From: Catajapyx aquilonaris
Taxonomy: Eukaryota
Length of the DNA: 54,967 nt
Assembly (NCBI GenBank): GCA_000934665.2
Contig: JYFJ02002547.1
Coordinates: forward strand, 1-54,967
Direction of reading: 5' to 3'
Positions 22,701-34,700 of the stretch are shown here, piece by piece; position 1 is the first letter of the stretch; every line of letters begins with the position of its first letter. Below the pieces are notes generated by a model. That model searched no databases, was not told the DNA's origin, and saw only the letters and a program-made list of their open reading frames with translations. A program made the translations under genes and the position numbers.

Positions 22701-25700
22701 TTCATCTACAAAACATGACTAATCTTGAGACACAGCACAATGCTGTGTTCAAAAATATTTTAAAAGGGCTTCAATATTCTTGGAAGCAATGCTTAAAGGG
22801 CCATTGTCCCAAAAATTACTACTTGAAATAATTGTACTTTTCAAGGGACACTCCACTCCAAAAACAAGTTGGTCTCTAAAAATTGGGCAAAAAATCCTGA
22901 ATCCGATGGTGCAATCCGTTTTTTGCTACGCGAAACGGTAATCCAGGGCGAGGGGCCAATGTGGTGAATTCAAATGGTGCGCTACAAGCTAGCCGCTCCG
23001 CCAGCGCCACCCTCGGGACCATGGGAACTGGAGGGCTGCTCCTGCCTGCCCGCGCACTTAGGCCCAGCCCAGAGCGGAGCTGCCCTCCAGTTCCCCTGTT
23101 CCCCGTGTGGCGGCCCCACTCATTAGCATACGAGAGACTTTGACCCCTCGCCCTGGGATTACCATTCCTCGTAGCAAAAAAAGGATTGCACCGTCGGATT
23201 CAGGATTTATCACCCAATTTTTACAGACCAACTTGTTTTTGGAGTGGAGTGTCCCTTTAAAGTTTAAAGCATCACAAGATCTTCAAAAAGGCATGTCGGT
23301 GAAAGTCAGAAATGTTTTTAACAATTGAAGAAATAAATTTTCAGGGTTTGAAACTGGCAAGAGCACATGGCTGTACATGACATCATGAGTAACTCACTTC
23401 AACAAAGGAAGTTGTGCTGTTGTTGCCCTTCACAGCCAAGTGTGATGCTTTTGTTGCTATCAGAGGCAACTATATCCAACATGGGAGATCAGGCTTTGCT
23501 TCTCATAGCATTTACAGGGGGTGTGAAACTCAAATCATAGTGGCTACTCCACAGCTGGACTGAGGCATTGACCCTTTCATACATCCTGCTATCAGCCCGA
23601 GTTATATTATAGTGGCTTAATTGCATGCCAAAAGCTGCCTGCTTCCATTTGTTTATCATGCTGCCATTTATGAGCCATAGACTGACGATATCATGAGAAA
23701 CAGGTGCATTCAGAATAGCTTCCCTTTTCCTCCCATTTTAACTGGATCAATTGAATTTTTATTGTAATAAATGTCACTTTTTGGATAGTAGTGACCCATG
23801 TGGACACATTCCAGCAATTAGCTCAAAAATTCTGAATTTGGAGATATCGGCCAAGTAGCCTACTGGCATAAAGTGTAAGTACAAACAAGTCACTAATGTG
23901 GATCTTTCTGTAATCTTTTGCTACCTCAACCATTAAGACAACCCAAAAAATGTTTCCCGTCAAGTCAGGAACATCACAATCAGATTTGCTGTGCTCATGG
24001 ATTTATTTTTGTCTTTAGGTTGTGGTGGTGGCATCTACCAATCAACTCCAGCCATATAACAAGGACAGGTGTGGCTCTTTCAAACCCAATTACAAATACA
24101 ATGATGCAAGTGTAAACCCAACTTGAATAAAATAATCTATAAGGGATGTCATGTTGATTTTCATCATTTTGGAACTTCTCCCCATTTGGGAATTTGGGAG
24201 GGTAGGGGGCTGAGTTGTCACATCTGGCAGCATTTCTCGTGACATTTATACAAAAGTGTCAAATAAAATGTTTACTAAACTCCCTGAAAATATGAAAGTC
24301 CTGTTGTTTTACTCTGACTAAGATGTTATGCTCCAGCAGCCTTCATCACTCCCTTGTCATGGTCATCACATTCACATCAATCCCACTCCCTACTCCTTAT
24401 CAGAGTGTGACATAAATGACCCCTAAGTCTGTTATTGGGTGATCATCTGAATTTTAAATACAGGGTGCTAGAAAATGAATGCGCAGATTTTAAAACTCTG
24501 TAACTCGAAAACTTGTAGACATATCTACATGATTTAAGTTTGGAAATGCTAAGAAATGTATACAGTTTTGGTCTTACCATAGTTTCAACATGAGCTCCAT
24601 TTGTCACGTAAATATGGTGATCAGTGTCATGCCTAACACACTCAGGCATGTCTGGAGTTACTGTTGACATCTTTTCCAGTAGGCATTGGAGATAGGTTTT
24701 TTTTTTTTTTNTGGGGGGTGGGGGGGGGGGCGGCTAGACTTCACACACTGGGAGGCTGAACAAATGACACTTTTCTACAGCAGGTTTGTTTCGTGGATGA
24801 GGCGACTTTTTTATTTGAATCATCAAGAACAATGTGTGTGGTGTAATGATACGAGATATCCAGCACCTACGGGATAGGATTGCAATGGTAACTCTAGATA
24901 TGATTGAGCGGGTTGTGCATGAGACCAACAACCGTGTTTTTTAATTTGCCGAGCAATAAATGAAGCTCATATTAAAACAAATTAAGGCAAGTCCAAAACT
25001 TTAGACATTTCTAGCATTTCAAAACTTAAATCCTTGAGATATGTCTTCAAGTTTTGGAGTTATAGGGTTTCAAAATCCACATATTCTTTTTCGATCACCC
25101 TGTATTTTCATTCAGTTACAATTGACCACACTGAAGAAACAGAATGTTTTATACTGCACCGTCTGCTTTTCTAATCCAGACGCAAGTTTTAATCACTTAA
25201 GCCCACTCTGGTATTGCACAATTAGAAATGGTGATGATAAACGATGCACTCACATCATCAAGAAGCTCCAACTCATATTCATAGGTACCAGCCCCACCAT
25301 ACACACATGCTCCAGCTATGACAATCCCTGGGCGGTCAACAGAGAAGCACACAGCATCTGGGGACCCATTTCCGGTGTTCCAAGTGCGGCTTTGATTAGT
25401 GCGGGTGAACCGAGAAGGGGTGCAGTGAAGCACCTGACCTCCCATACGGTGAGGATCAGGCTGTAAGACAAATCAATGTTATATTAAGTACAGAGTCTAT
25501 GTTACTAATTATGAGAGGAAACATTAACAAAGAAAGTGGCAACACAAACTCTCTATCACATATTCCCATAAAATATGAAATGTGTTACCTAGCTAGTTAA
25601 TTAAACTATAATCAGCGAATATTACTTACGTCAGTGCTATCAGCCTGAGCTGCTAGGTCAGCAATCACTGTGGCCAGGAGAAGGCAAGTGTGATGCACTA

Positions 25701-28700
25701 GGTGCTTTGAATATGATGGTACCTCATGGCTCAGAGACTGGCTCACAGGCAAGGTAGCAATTTTGAGAAGTCGATTTAACACCTCAGGAAATCCCCACCG
25801 ACTTGAATTGGCTGGTGCGGCCTTTTTGGGAGGCACATAGTTTGAGGAGCATGAAGGTGCTTCCCAGTCTGATGGGCTTCCAGCAGACAGACGATGCATC
25901 ATTGTTGTTGCTCCCCCAGATGACGAGGATGAGGATGAGGATGACGAAGACTCATTTCCTGTATCATTGCCTCTTGAAGACACAATTGGTAAAATACCCC
26001 TCAGGTCCATGCCGGGACTGCACAGAGCAGCCAATGCAGCACTCAAGAGCCGGTCATAGTTTACAGTTGATTCTTCACAGCCCTGTAATCATGTGTGGTT
26101 TAGCCAAAGGCTCAGAGCAGTCAGTTATTGCCATAAAGTACCAGAAAAAAAATCAAATGCTACTAACTTCCATTTTGTAACCTTTGCCTGTGTTGTTGAA
26201 CAACTGATATATTTTTTAAATACATGCAAGATGCCATTAACTTTCCTATGCTACATTCATGTTCAACATGCCTAGTCAATTTTGCTTATAATATTCTTAC
26301 TTGATAACACTTTACAAATGCCCCAAGTTCCTAAGTGGAATGCTGACCAATCTTAAAAGGCAGCAGATGGATTATTTTGAGCTTGAGACTTCCCACACCA
26401 AATCAACTTCATGCATTTTCACAGATATCACAGAATTTTATTTCAGCAAAAAATTTGAAGACAATCCATGTTGTAAGGTTCCAACAAGCTAACTGAAAAT
26501 CTATAAGGGTAGGCTAGTCATAAGCCTTGATGTCTGCAATCATACATTCAAGTTGGTGTCAAGACATCACCAAGTGTACAGTAATCTCATGCAAGGTTGC
26601 AACATGGACCATCTTCATATTTTCAGCTGCAATCATAAGACATTCCATCACTACACAAAATGAGTGAGGGGGACATGGTGGTCTAGTGATAATGCCATTG
26701 GCCATCAAAGCTTGAACTCAGGGGTCATGTTCATGGCCCCTGTGCCTCTTCGTCAAGGTTTTTTTCCTACCCCTCTATGTACGTTCTATGTATGTATGTG
26801 CAACAACACAATCCAGTTTTTAGCAAAATTATAAATATTCACCATGGAGGGACATCATCGATTGATTGACTGTTTTACTTCGGGCCTAATACAGTGATAC
26901 ATCTTGGAGATGCCTCAATCACTACTGACATCTTAATTTCATCATCAGAGGGCACTGCCAAGAAACCCTAGCCTTTGTCACATAATACCTTTTCTGCAGC
27001 AGCCAGCAGGTCACACAGACAGGTCCATTTGAGCTGACCAGTGGGGTAGAAGGCATGGAAGCAGGCAATGAATGTGGCATGGCACTCCTCCAGGATTCCC
27101 TCAGTCATCTCCAGGAATGGAGCTGGAAGAGCTGCTATCTCCCCAGATCTTATTGGCAGTGGATCAGAGAGAATCTGCCTCAGGAGTCCACGCACATCGG
27201 CTACACACTCTGACAACTTCCCTGACTCCATGCTCCTCTTAACACCACCACCATCTGAGTAGACCTCATCAGTGAAGACCCGTAGCAGGCGGAGAGATGA
27301 CCTGCAGATGTATACCAGGCGGCGAAGGTCCATTAGTGCAGCTGCATTTGACAGTGAAACTGGTGCTGTAGGAGAAGTGGGGGTCAAGGGCGAAGTGGGG
27401 GTAAGGGGTGAAAGAGGACAATCTGGAAGCGATGCCTTGAAGGTATTCCAGCTCCACTGAAGCAGGGCCAGCAGGGCCTGTAAATTAGAAAATTCATAAT
27501 TTAATATAATTATCTCTCTCTTACTCTCTCAACAGCAGGTGGACATATCCAGAAGGCTGCAAATTTGGACATGGTGGAGATTGGTGGAATGGACTGGATG
27601 TGACAGAATAAAATTCACCATGGCTCTACAGTTATGAGAGGAACTATAAAAATCATATCTCAAGGCCAGGTTGAAATAATATTGGTACAAAAATAAGCAG
27701 GTAAGCCATTCAATGAAGAAGAATTGTTAGGGCAGCCAGGGATAAGGCAACCTGTACAGCACAAGTGATCTCTCTACCTGAAAGCAGTCCGGGCTGACAG
27801 ACCTCGACAGGTCACGACTCAACACATAGACTGGCTCAGGTTGCTCTGGCTTCCCACCAGAGGTTTGCTTCTCAGGAGTAATGACACGGTACAAAAGCTG
27901 CGGGATCTGTCCTGCATTCACATCTGTGCCATTGTTAGATTTCTTGGAGCTCTTAAAGTGAAACACCACCCTGCAAAAAAAGAAGTAACCCTGTTACAAA
28001 ATGTCCACTATAAAAATACATTCCCTGTCATGCATCTCCTTATCACATGCCCTTTTGCTCTAATGTATGTCTCCTGGACTGACAACCAAAGTAACTCTTC
28101 TTACCCTCCTTAATTTTGAAAAATTTCGGATTTTCTAATATGATTCTGCTCAGCCGATAGTGTTAAGAAAACATCACCTCCGCTGCTAATTTCCACGTTA
28201 GCAGGGTGAAAATACAGGCAAAAGGCAATATTCTGAAGCAACAACACCTGCATCCGGTCGTGAGTTGCCGGTCCTGGCCGCCTTTCACGCGTCTGTAGCG
28301 TTCTCTGGTGCCGCAAAGGAGAAGGGTCATCTCACACGCTTTGAAGGCGATTATAATAATGGAGAGACTGGGCATCCTGGCTCTCCATTATTATAATTGC
28401 GTTCGACTTCAAAGCGTGCGAGATGACCCTTCTCCTTCGCGGCACCAGAGAGCGCTACAGACGCGGTGAAAGGCGACCGGGCAGCCGGGACAGGCGACTC
28501 GCGACCAGATGCAGGTGTTGTGGCTTCGGAATATCACCTTTTGGCTGTATTTTCACCCTGCTAACGTCAAAATTAGCAGCGGCAGTGATGTTTTCTCAAC
28601 ACTATAGGCCAAGCAGAATTAGAAAATCTGAAAATTTACAAAATTCAGGAGGGTAGGAAGTGTTACTTTGGTTGTGAGTGTACATATTTTCTGCTGACTG

Positions 28701-31700
28701 GTAATTGCAAGAAGTTGAAGAAGAGGAAGTAATTTTTCCCCCTGTGATTAGCACTGCCTCGACTAACTGGAAGTGGCCTTCTGCCAACTTGCATAAATTC
28801 CCAAATGAAGTGAAAACTCAGCATCTGATCTCAAAAGATATACTGTATTATTGTACACATTTCAACTAAGTATGACTCCCACTGTCAGTATGGCAGTTGT
28901 GATTGGTGAAATCACATCTAATGTATCATATCTAATGTCTCACACTGACACAGTATGAAAATGCATTCCATTATTATTGGGGGAAAGCTTCAAGCATTCA
29001 TAAATGTACTATATCGCTCAAAAACATAAGAGACGATTTTGCATTTGATTCAAGTCCAGGCTGTACTTGAGTCAACTGCAAAATCGTCTCTATGTTATTG
29101 AGCAATATGTAGCACCTCAGAAAAAAAACACGGCATATGGAAAGTTTCTCCCATGAGTATCAGGTTAGCATTTTTTGAGATCTTAGGATGATTTCTTTTC
29201 AGTGAATGTGCATTTAACTGTGCATTATATAAAAATTGGAAGCTGTGCCTCTGTTCTTGAGGTAGTCTCAAATTAACATACGAATACTTTCACTTGAATG
29301 GCTGCATATTATTTAACAATTGGGCCAGAAACATTCCCAAACAAAAATTAACTTCAATGACACATTGTGTAAAGGGAACAGACAATACTGAGCCTACTGT
29401 CTGATTTATTCTACTCCTGACACACGTCATCAAGCCCCCTTCTCCTCCACCCGTCCACCCTTTCACGAACTGTACTTGTTACCAACCTAACCTCACGCAT
29501 GTGGTCACCGCTGTCACCATTAATGCAATGCTGTTCCTTCCTGTCCGTGACAAGGGAATACGCAGAGCGTCGATTAACACTCACATTATAATTTATATCG
29601 CAAATGTATGCTGTATTACAACATTGTTTGTGATACCATGTGTGTTAGGTTAGTTAGGTTGGTAACAAGTACAGTTCATGAAAGGGTGGACGGGTGAAGG
29701 AGAAGGGGGCTTGATGATGTGTGTCAGGAGTAGAATAAATCAGACAGTAGTAATAATAAGACAGATGGAATAACATCATACGCTCACAATTTACATATTA
29801 CATAAACCGTGGCATTTTCTATATCAATGAAAAAAGTACCCACTCTGTAGGTATGTTCCTTAGTGATATCTGCCAGTGACCAATGCACCCTGTCAGAGGA
29901 AGACTGGTATACAAGGGGCGTTCCTAAAGTTCGCACCTTCTGGTTGAAGAAAAAATAGAGAAATTGCACACACGTGTTAGTCCTTCTCTCTATTTTAATC
30001 CTGCAGAGCCACAAATTTTTCCCAGCAATGTATGACGTGACAGACACGATCATTGTCGAAGTCGACACTATGTGCTTGAAAAATGTTTTCAATCTCTGTT
30101 GTCGTGGTCGGGGGCTTTTGTTTCTCCCATGACCCCGAAGAGCTATGCTGGAAGCAGTTTCGTCTACTGTAAGGGTTTCCCAAGTCGGATAGGTCTCTCG
30201 GGTCATGGGAGAAACACAAGGGCCCCCCACCTTCCCAACAGAGGTTGAAAACAATCTTCAAGCACAGAATGTCGACTTCTACAATGGTGGTGTCTGACAG
30301 GTCGTACATCGCTGGGAAAAATGTGTGGTTCTGCAGGATTAAAATAGAGAGAAGGACTAATACATGTGTGCAATTTGATACCTTTCTCTTCTCCTTGAAC
30401 CCAAAGGTACGAACTTTATGAACACCCCACGCATGTAAGTTAAGAGATGTTTCTTAAGTTCTGCCAGTCAAATACATTTGAAAATTAATGAAGTGTGAGT
30501 GCACTCAAATTGCAAGGGAATTGCTCAGTTTGATAAAAAGTGCCTTTAACCCAATAGGAGGGAGAGACACTGTATTTCAAAGATTTATTTATTTATTTTA
30601 TTTATTTACCCCATGATACAACTTTTCTAAGTCGCATACCACCATCAGTTTTCTGGGGTTTTTCTACTTCGCTCACCGTGCAAGGACTTCAGGATGTAGG
30701 GTAGGGATATGGATTGTTGGGGAGGGGACACTTGTGCAGGTGCAATGTCTTAAACGTTTGGGCCATGTGCAGTCCCCCAGGAGGTTAGGTTGCCAGACAC
30801 CTCCCTGGTGCAGGTCAGAGACCCTCCCGACGCAGGTGAAAGGGAACTCCCAGGCGGGGATCGAACCTGGGACCTTTCACTCAGCAAGCCGAGACGTTAC
30901 CATCTCGGCCACCACACCTCTCCCGTATTTCAAAGATTTATGGCCTTATGTTGGACTGGTAGTGGTAAATTCATTTGGTGGTAAGATTCCATTCCTAAGG
31001 AGACTTTGATAGAGTATTTCTATACATTGCATATGGAAGAGGAATTCAAAGCAAGGAAGTCTTCATCAGCACACCTTCTAGGTGCATTAAGTTGCAGTTC
31101 TGCCAGATCAATATTTACATTTTCCATAAGGGGCAATCCATAGCATTCTATCATTTCATCAGTTTGCCTAACCCAGCTGACTGAGCGAGATATATTTTCT
31201 TCTGCTACCTGCAAGGCATGTAATAAACTTCCCAAGGGAACAAACCACAAAGAACATGGTGGGGTCCTTATGAAAGAAGTAGGGTCAGATGGATTTGGTT
31301 GAAACCAGGTCAGTTGATAAACCTTGACCTGAGGCCAAAGAAAATCTACCCTGCTGTTTGGCCACTAGAGGCAACTCAGGTGGTTCAGGTGGCTCCTATC
31401 AGGCTCTATTTTCATATACAGGGTAAAGGGAAACTCGCGGGCAATCATCAGGTAGACTGACAGTACTCGTAAAACCAGGGGCGGATCCAGTGAGGAATTT
31501 TGGGGAAGGAAGCTCCCCCCCACACCCCCCCGTGGGGCTGCGCCCCACTTGCTCGCCTGCAGCGCAAATTGGTCCGGTCCCGCGCAGGTCCTCCTTGGTC
31601 TCCGTAACTCACCAAGGCCCAGTGCACCCGGCCGCCCCACACTTACCCCACTCTCCGATGCGAACAGAGCAAGTCTTTTTACGCAAAAATCGGTCGGAGC

Positions 31701-34700
31701 AGGATGGCGTCCATTTACAGAACCTGTGACGTCATCGCTCAAGGTGTGGAGTATGAGAATGCGCCCTAGCTGACGTATGGTGAGAAAAGGCACTGAGGTG
31801 GGATTAGAGTGGATCCAGATTGTCAGCGGTGGGGGGAGGGAGCGCCGGAGAGGGGCTATTATTCTCCGGCGGCTTAATGACGAGCAGATGGGCAAGGTGG
31901 CACGTGCAAAAGTCGACTTTTTGCCATCTCTCTGGGAATTTTGCGATTATGAGGATTTTTGGCATTGGTAAACTGGAGGCAAGAAATCCAACGAAGCTTC
32001 GACCAGCGTTCTACGACCTCGGGAAGAGCGAAATCTTTTCCATCCTATATCCTCCTCGGATTGGGGCTTTATATACAGGGTGTAACAAGACCCAATGCAT
32101 AAATTTTAAAGGTGGGTAGGGGACCCCAAAACAAACATTTTTGACCAATGAACCCACCCTCTAAAAAAATCAGCAAATTTACTGAAATTGCTAACTGGTT
32201 AGTACCTGTAGTAACAGTTATGTGGGGGATGATACTCAACAGGAGCGTTGTCATGGTATAGTGTTGACAATTTAGTACAGTACCGGTACTGTAAAAAGTC
32301 ATCACCACCACAAATCAATGAAAGCTGACATGAAACTCACCACCACCTTTATTGCACCCAACACAAAACTGTAATCAAAGGAGCTGCTAAAAGTGTCCTC
32401 CAGCCACTTGTACACACAGCCTACAACGACGCACAAGAGATTCCCGAGTTGATTGGAACAACACTGAATTGTTTATTTTCCAGACTTTTACTTGTTGTGT
32501 TGTACCAGACAATTACTTGTCAACACTACCATGACAACGCTACCATAGAGTAGCAGCAAACCACATAACTGTTACCGTACCACAGGTACTAACAAGTTAT
32601 CGATTTCAGTAAATTTGATGATTTTTTAGAGGGTGGGTGATTTTTTTAGAGGGTGGGTTCATTGGTCAAAAATGTTTGTTTTGGGGTCCCCTACCCACCT
32701 TTAAAATTTATGCATTGGGTCTTGTTACACCCTGTATACAGTGGAGCATCAATTATACGAACACCAATCAACCGAACGTTTTCAGGTCGGAAAAAAACAA
32801 CCAAAACCCCCCCAAAAAACAAAAACAAAAAACCACCTTTTTTTTCCCCCCCCCCTAAACTGCAGGACAACTTCATGTAAGGACAGTAAGGTACATGTAC
32901 AGTATTTTTTAAGACGTGCCTGTGACAGAAAATATACAGTTTTGTGGTTAATATCACTGTTTCTTAGTTTCATATTGCTCCTATGACACCAGTACAATTT
33001 TTTTCCGTAAATGATCGGTTATCCGAACAATCAGTTATCCGAATACCCCCCTGGCAGACTCTGTTCGGATAATCGATGCTCCACTGTACTTGATTTGTAA
33101 AATAACTTGTTTTTACCTTCAGAGTACATGTAAGCAAAATTCGAGGTGATTGCCTAACAGTTGGCCGGTGGTACTCGAATGTCAAGCTTTTACAGCAATC
33201 TCTTTGAAAATTAATTCCAGGATTTCTAGACACTGGAAATTGTTCCAAACACATTCATAGTGTTTTGCATGAACATGTAAGTATATCTATTATTATTTGT
33301 AAAATATCTTGTCCTTATATTCAGAAGTGCAAGAGAAAATATAGGGGCTGGCAGTACAGGCATGCTATAGCCTTCTTTTTGGAAATTAATTTAGGGACTT
33401 CTAGACGAGAAAAATTCTTCCAAATGCATTCATAGTGTTTTCCCTGAATGAATAATTATAGCTGTTATTATTTGCAAAATATCTTGTTCGTATCTTCAGA
33501 GTACTAGTAAGTGAAAATCGAGGCGATTTTGGCCTCGCTGGTAGCGAAGGGGTTAATTCACTATAGAAAAACATATCTTACTAACACTACAATGTGCTTT
33601 TACTCAACACACATACAGTGCATGGTCCAAGACCTGAGTTCAAGGTAGTGAAGAAAGAAGTTACAAATAATAATTTACTGGACCAACCAGTTTAATCTGA
33701 ATCAAGAATTATGGTAGGTGAATGTTGCCTTGACTGTTGCTTTCAATGAGTTTCTCCTCTTTACAGTGGGTGCTGTGGTCAAGATCCATAACTTCTTCAC
33801 CTACCTACCCTCTTGAACTGGGCATTTGGGTAGTGCACTACCTTGCATGTCGCACCAACAGAAACTGTGTATGTATAAATATATGAAGAAGCAGAGATAC
33901 TAACTGGTCTTCAGTTGTAACTGTGGTCTGACCTCCCGAGCCGCAGTCACTTGAGGGTCCTCCAACTCTGGCCCAAGCAACATACCATCGGTTGGCCTGT
34001 AGTGGAAGAGGCTCCTCCAGCATAAGAGGATACTTTTGTCTGGGACCACACTCGTAGAGCACTTCCTCTGTCTCGGCCAGCAGATCCCCATCGCCCTCCT
34101 GCTCTCCACCCTCTCCACCCAGGTCCAACACCTTCACCTTAGCTGTATATTCTCCTCTTCCCCCAAACAGCCCCACACCTCCCAGGAGTATGTCTGAGTC
34201 TGCCATAAAGCGGATTGCCTCAATGGAGTGTCCTGAGTAGCCCCACCCACCACCATGGCCTGAAAAGTCACAACAAAACAGTGATTATAATTCGTGCAAT
34301 TAATATTTACTGCAAGAACAGAAACCATTGGGCCAGGTATGCATTCACATCTCCGCAACTATTCCTGCAAGCAACTGGTTTGCAACAATTGCTAAGATCT
34401 GTTGGGAATGTACAGAAGACTGGGCAATGAGACAGGACTGGAGGGAAGAGGCAAGCAGTCTGCATTGAGGGATATAGTTAGAAATGCAGATTCCCTTCCT
34501 TACTGGCATAAATAAATTGAGCATGCCCAAAAAGAAGATATAATATTTTATGAGGTCAGAGTTTTCATTTTTAACCAAGAGTTAAGTGAGCTTTACACAG
34601 GGCCTTCGACTTCGACTCTCTCCGAATCGGAGGTATCAGATCCCTTTTGCAGACAGATGTCTGCTCGTCAACGTCCTCAGCCCCCCTGACACCTGGTCTA

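Noticed and set aside
1820..30924. SINE pair promoting back-splicing (circRNA)
   Set aside because: Both copies are in the same orientation and cannot base-pair.
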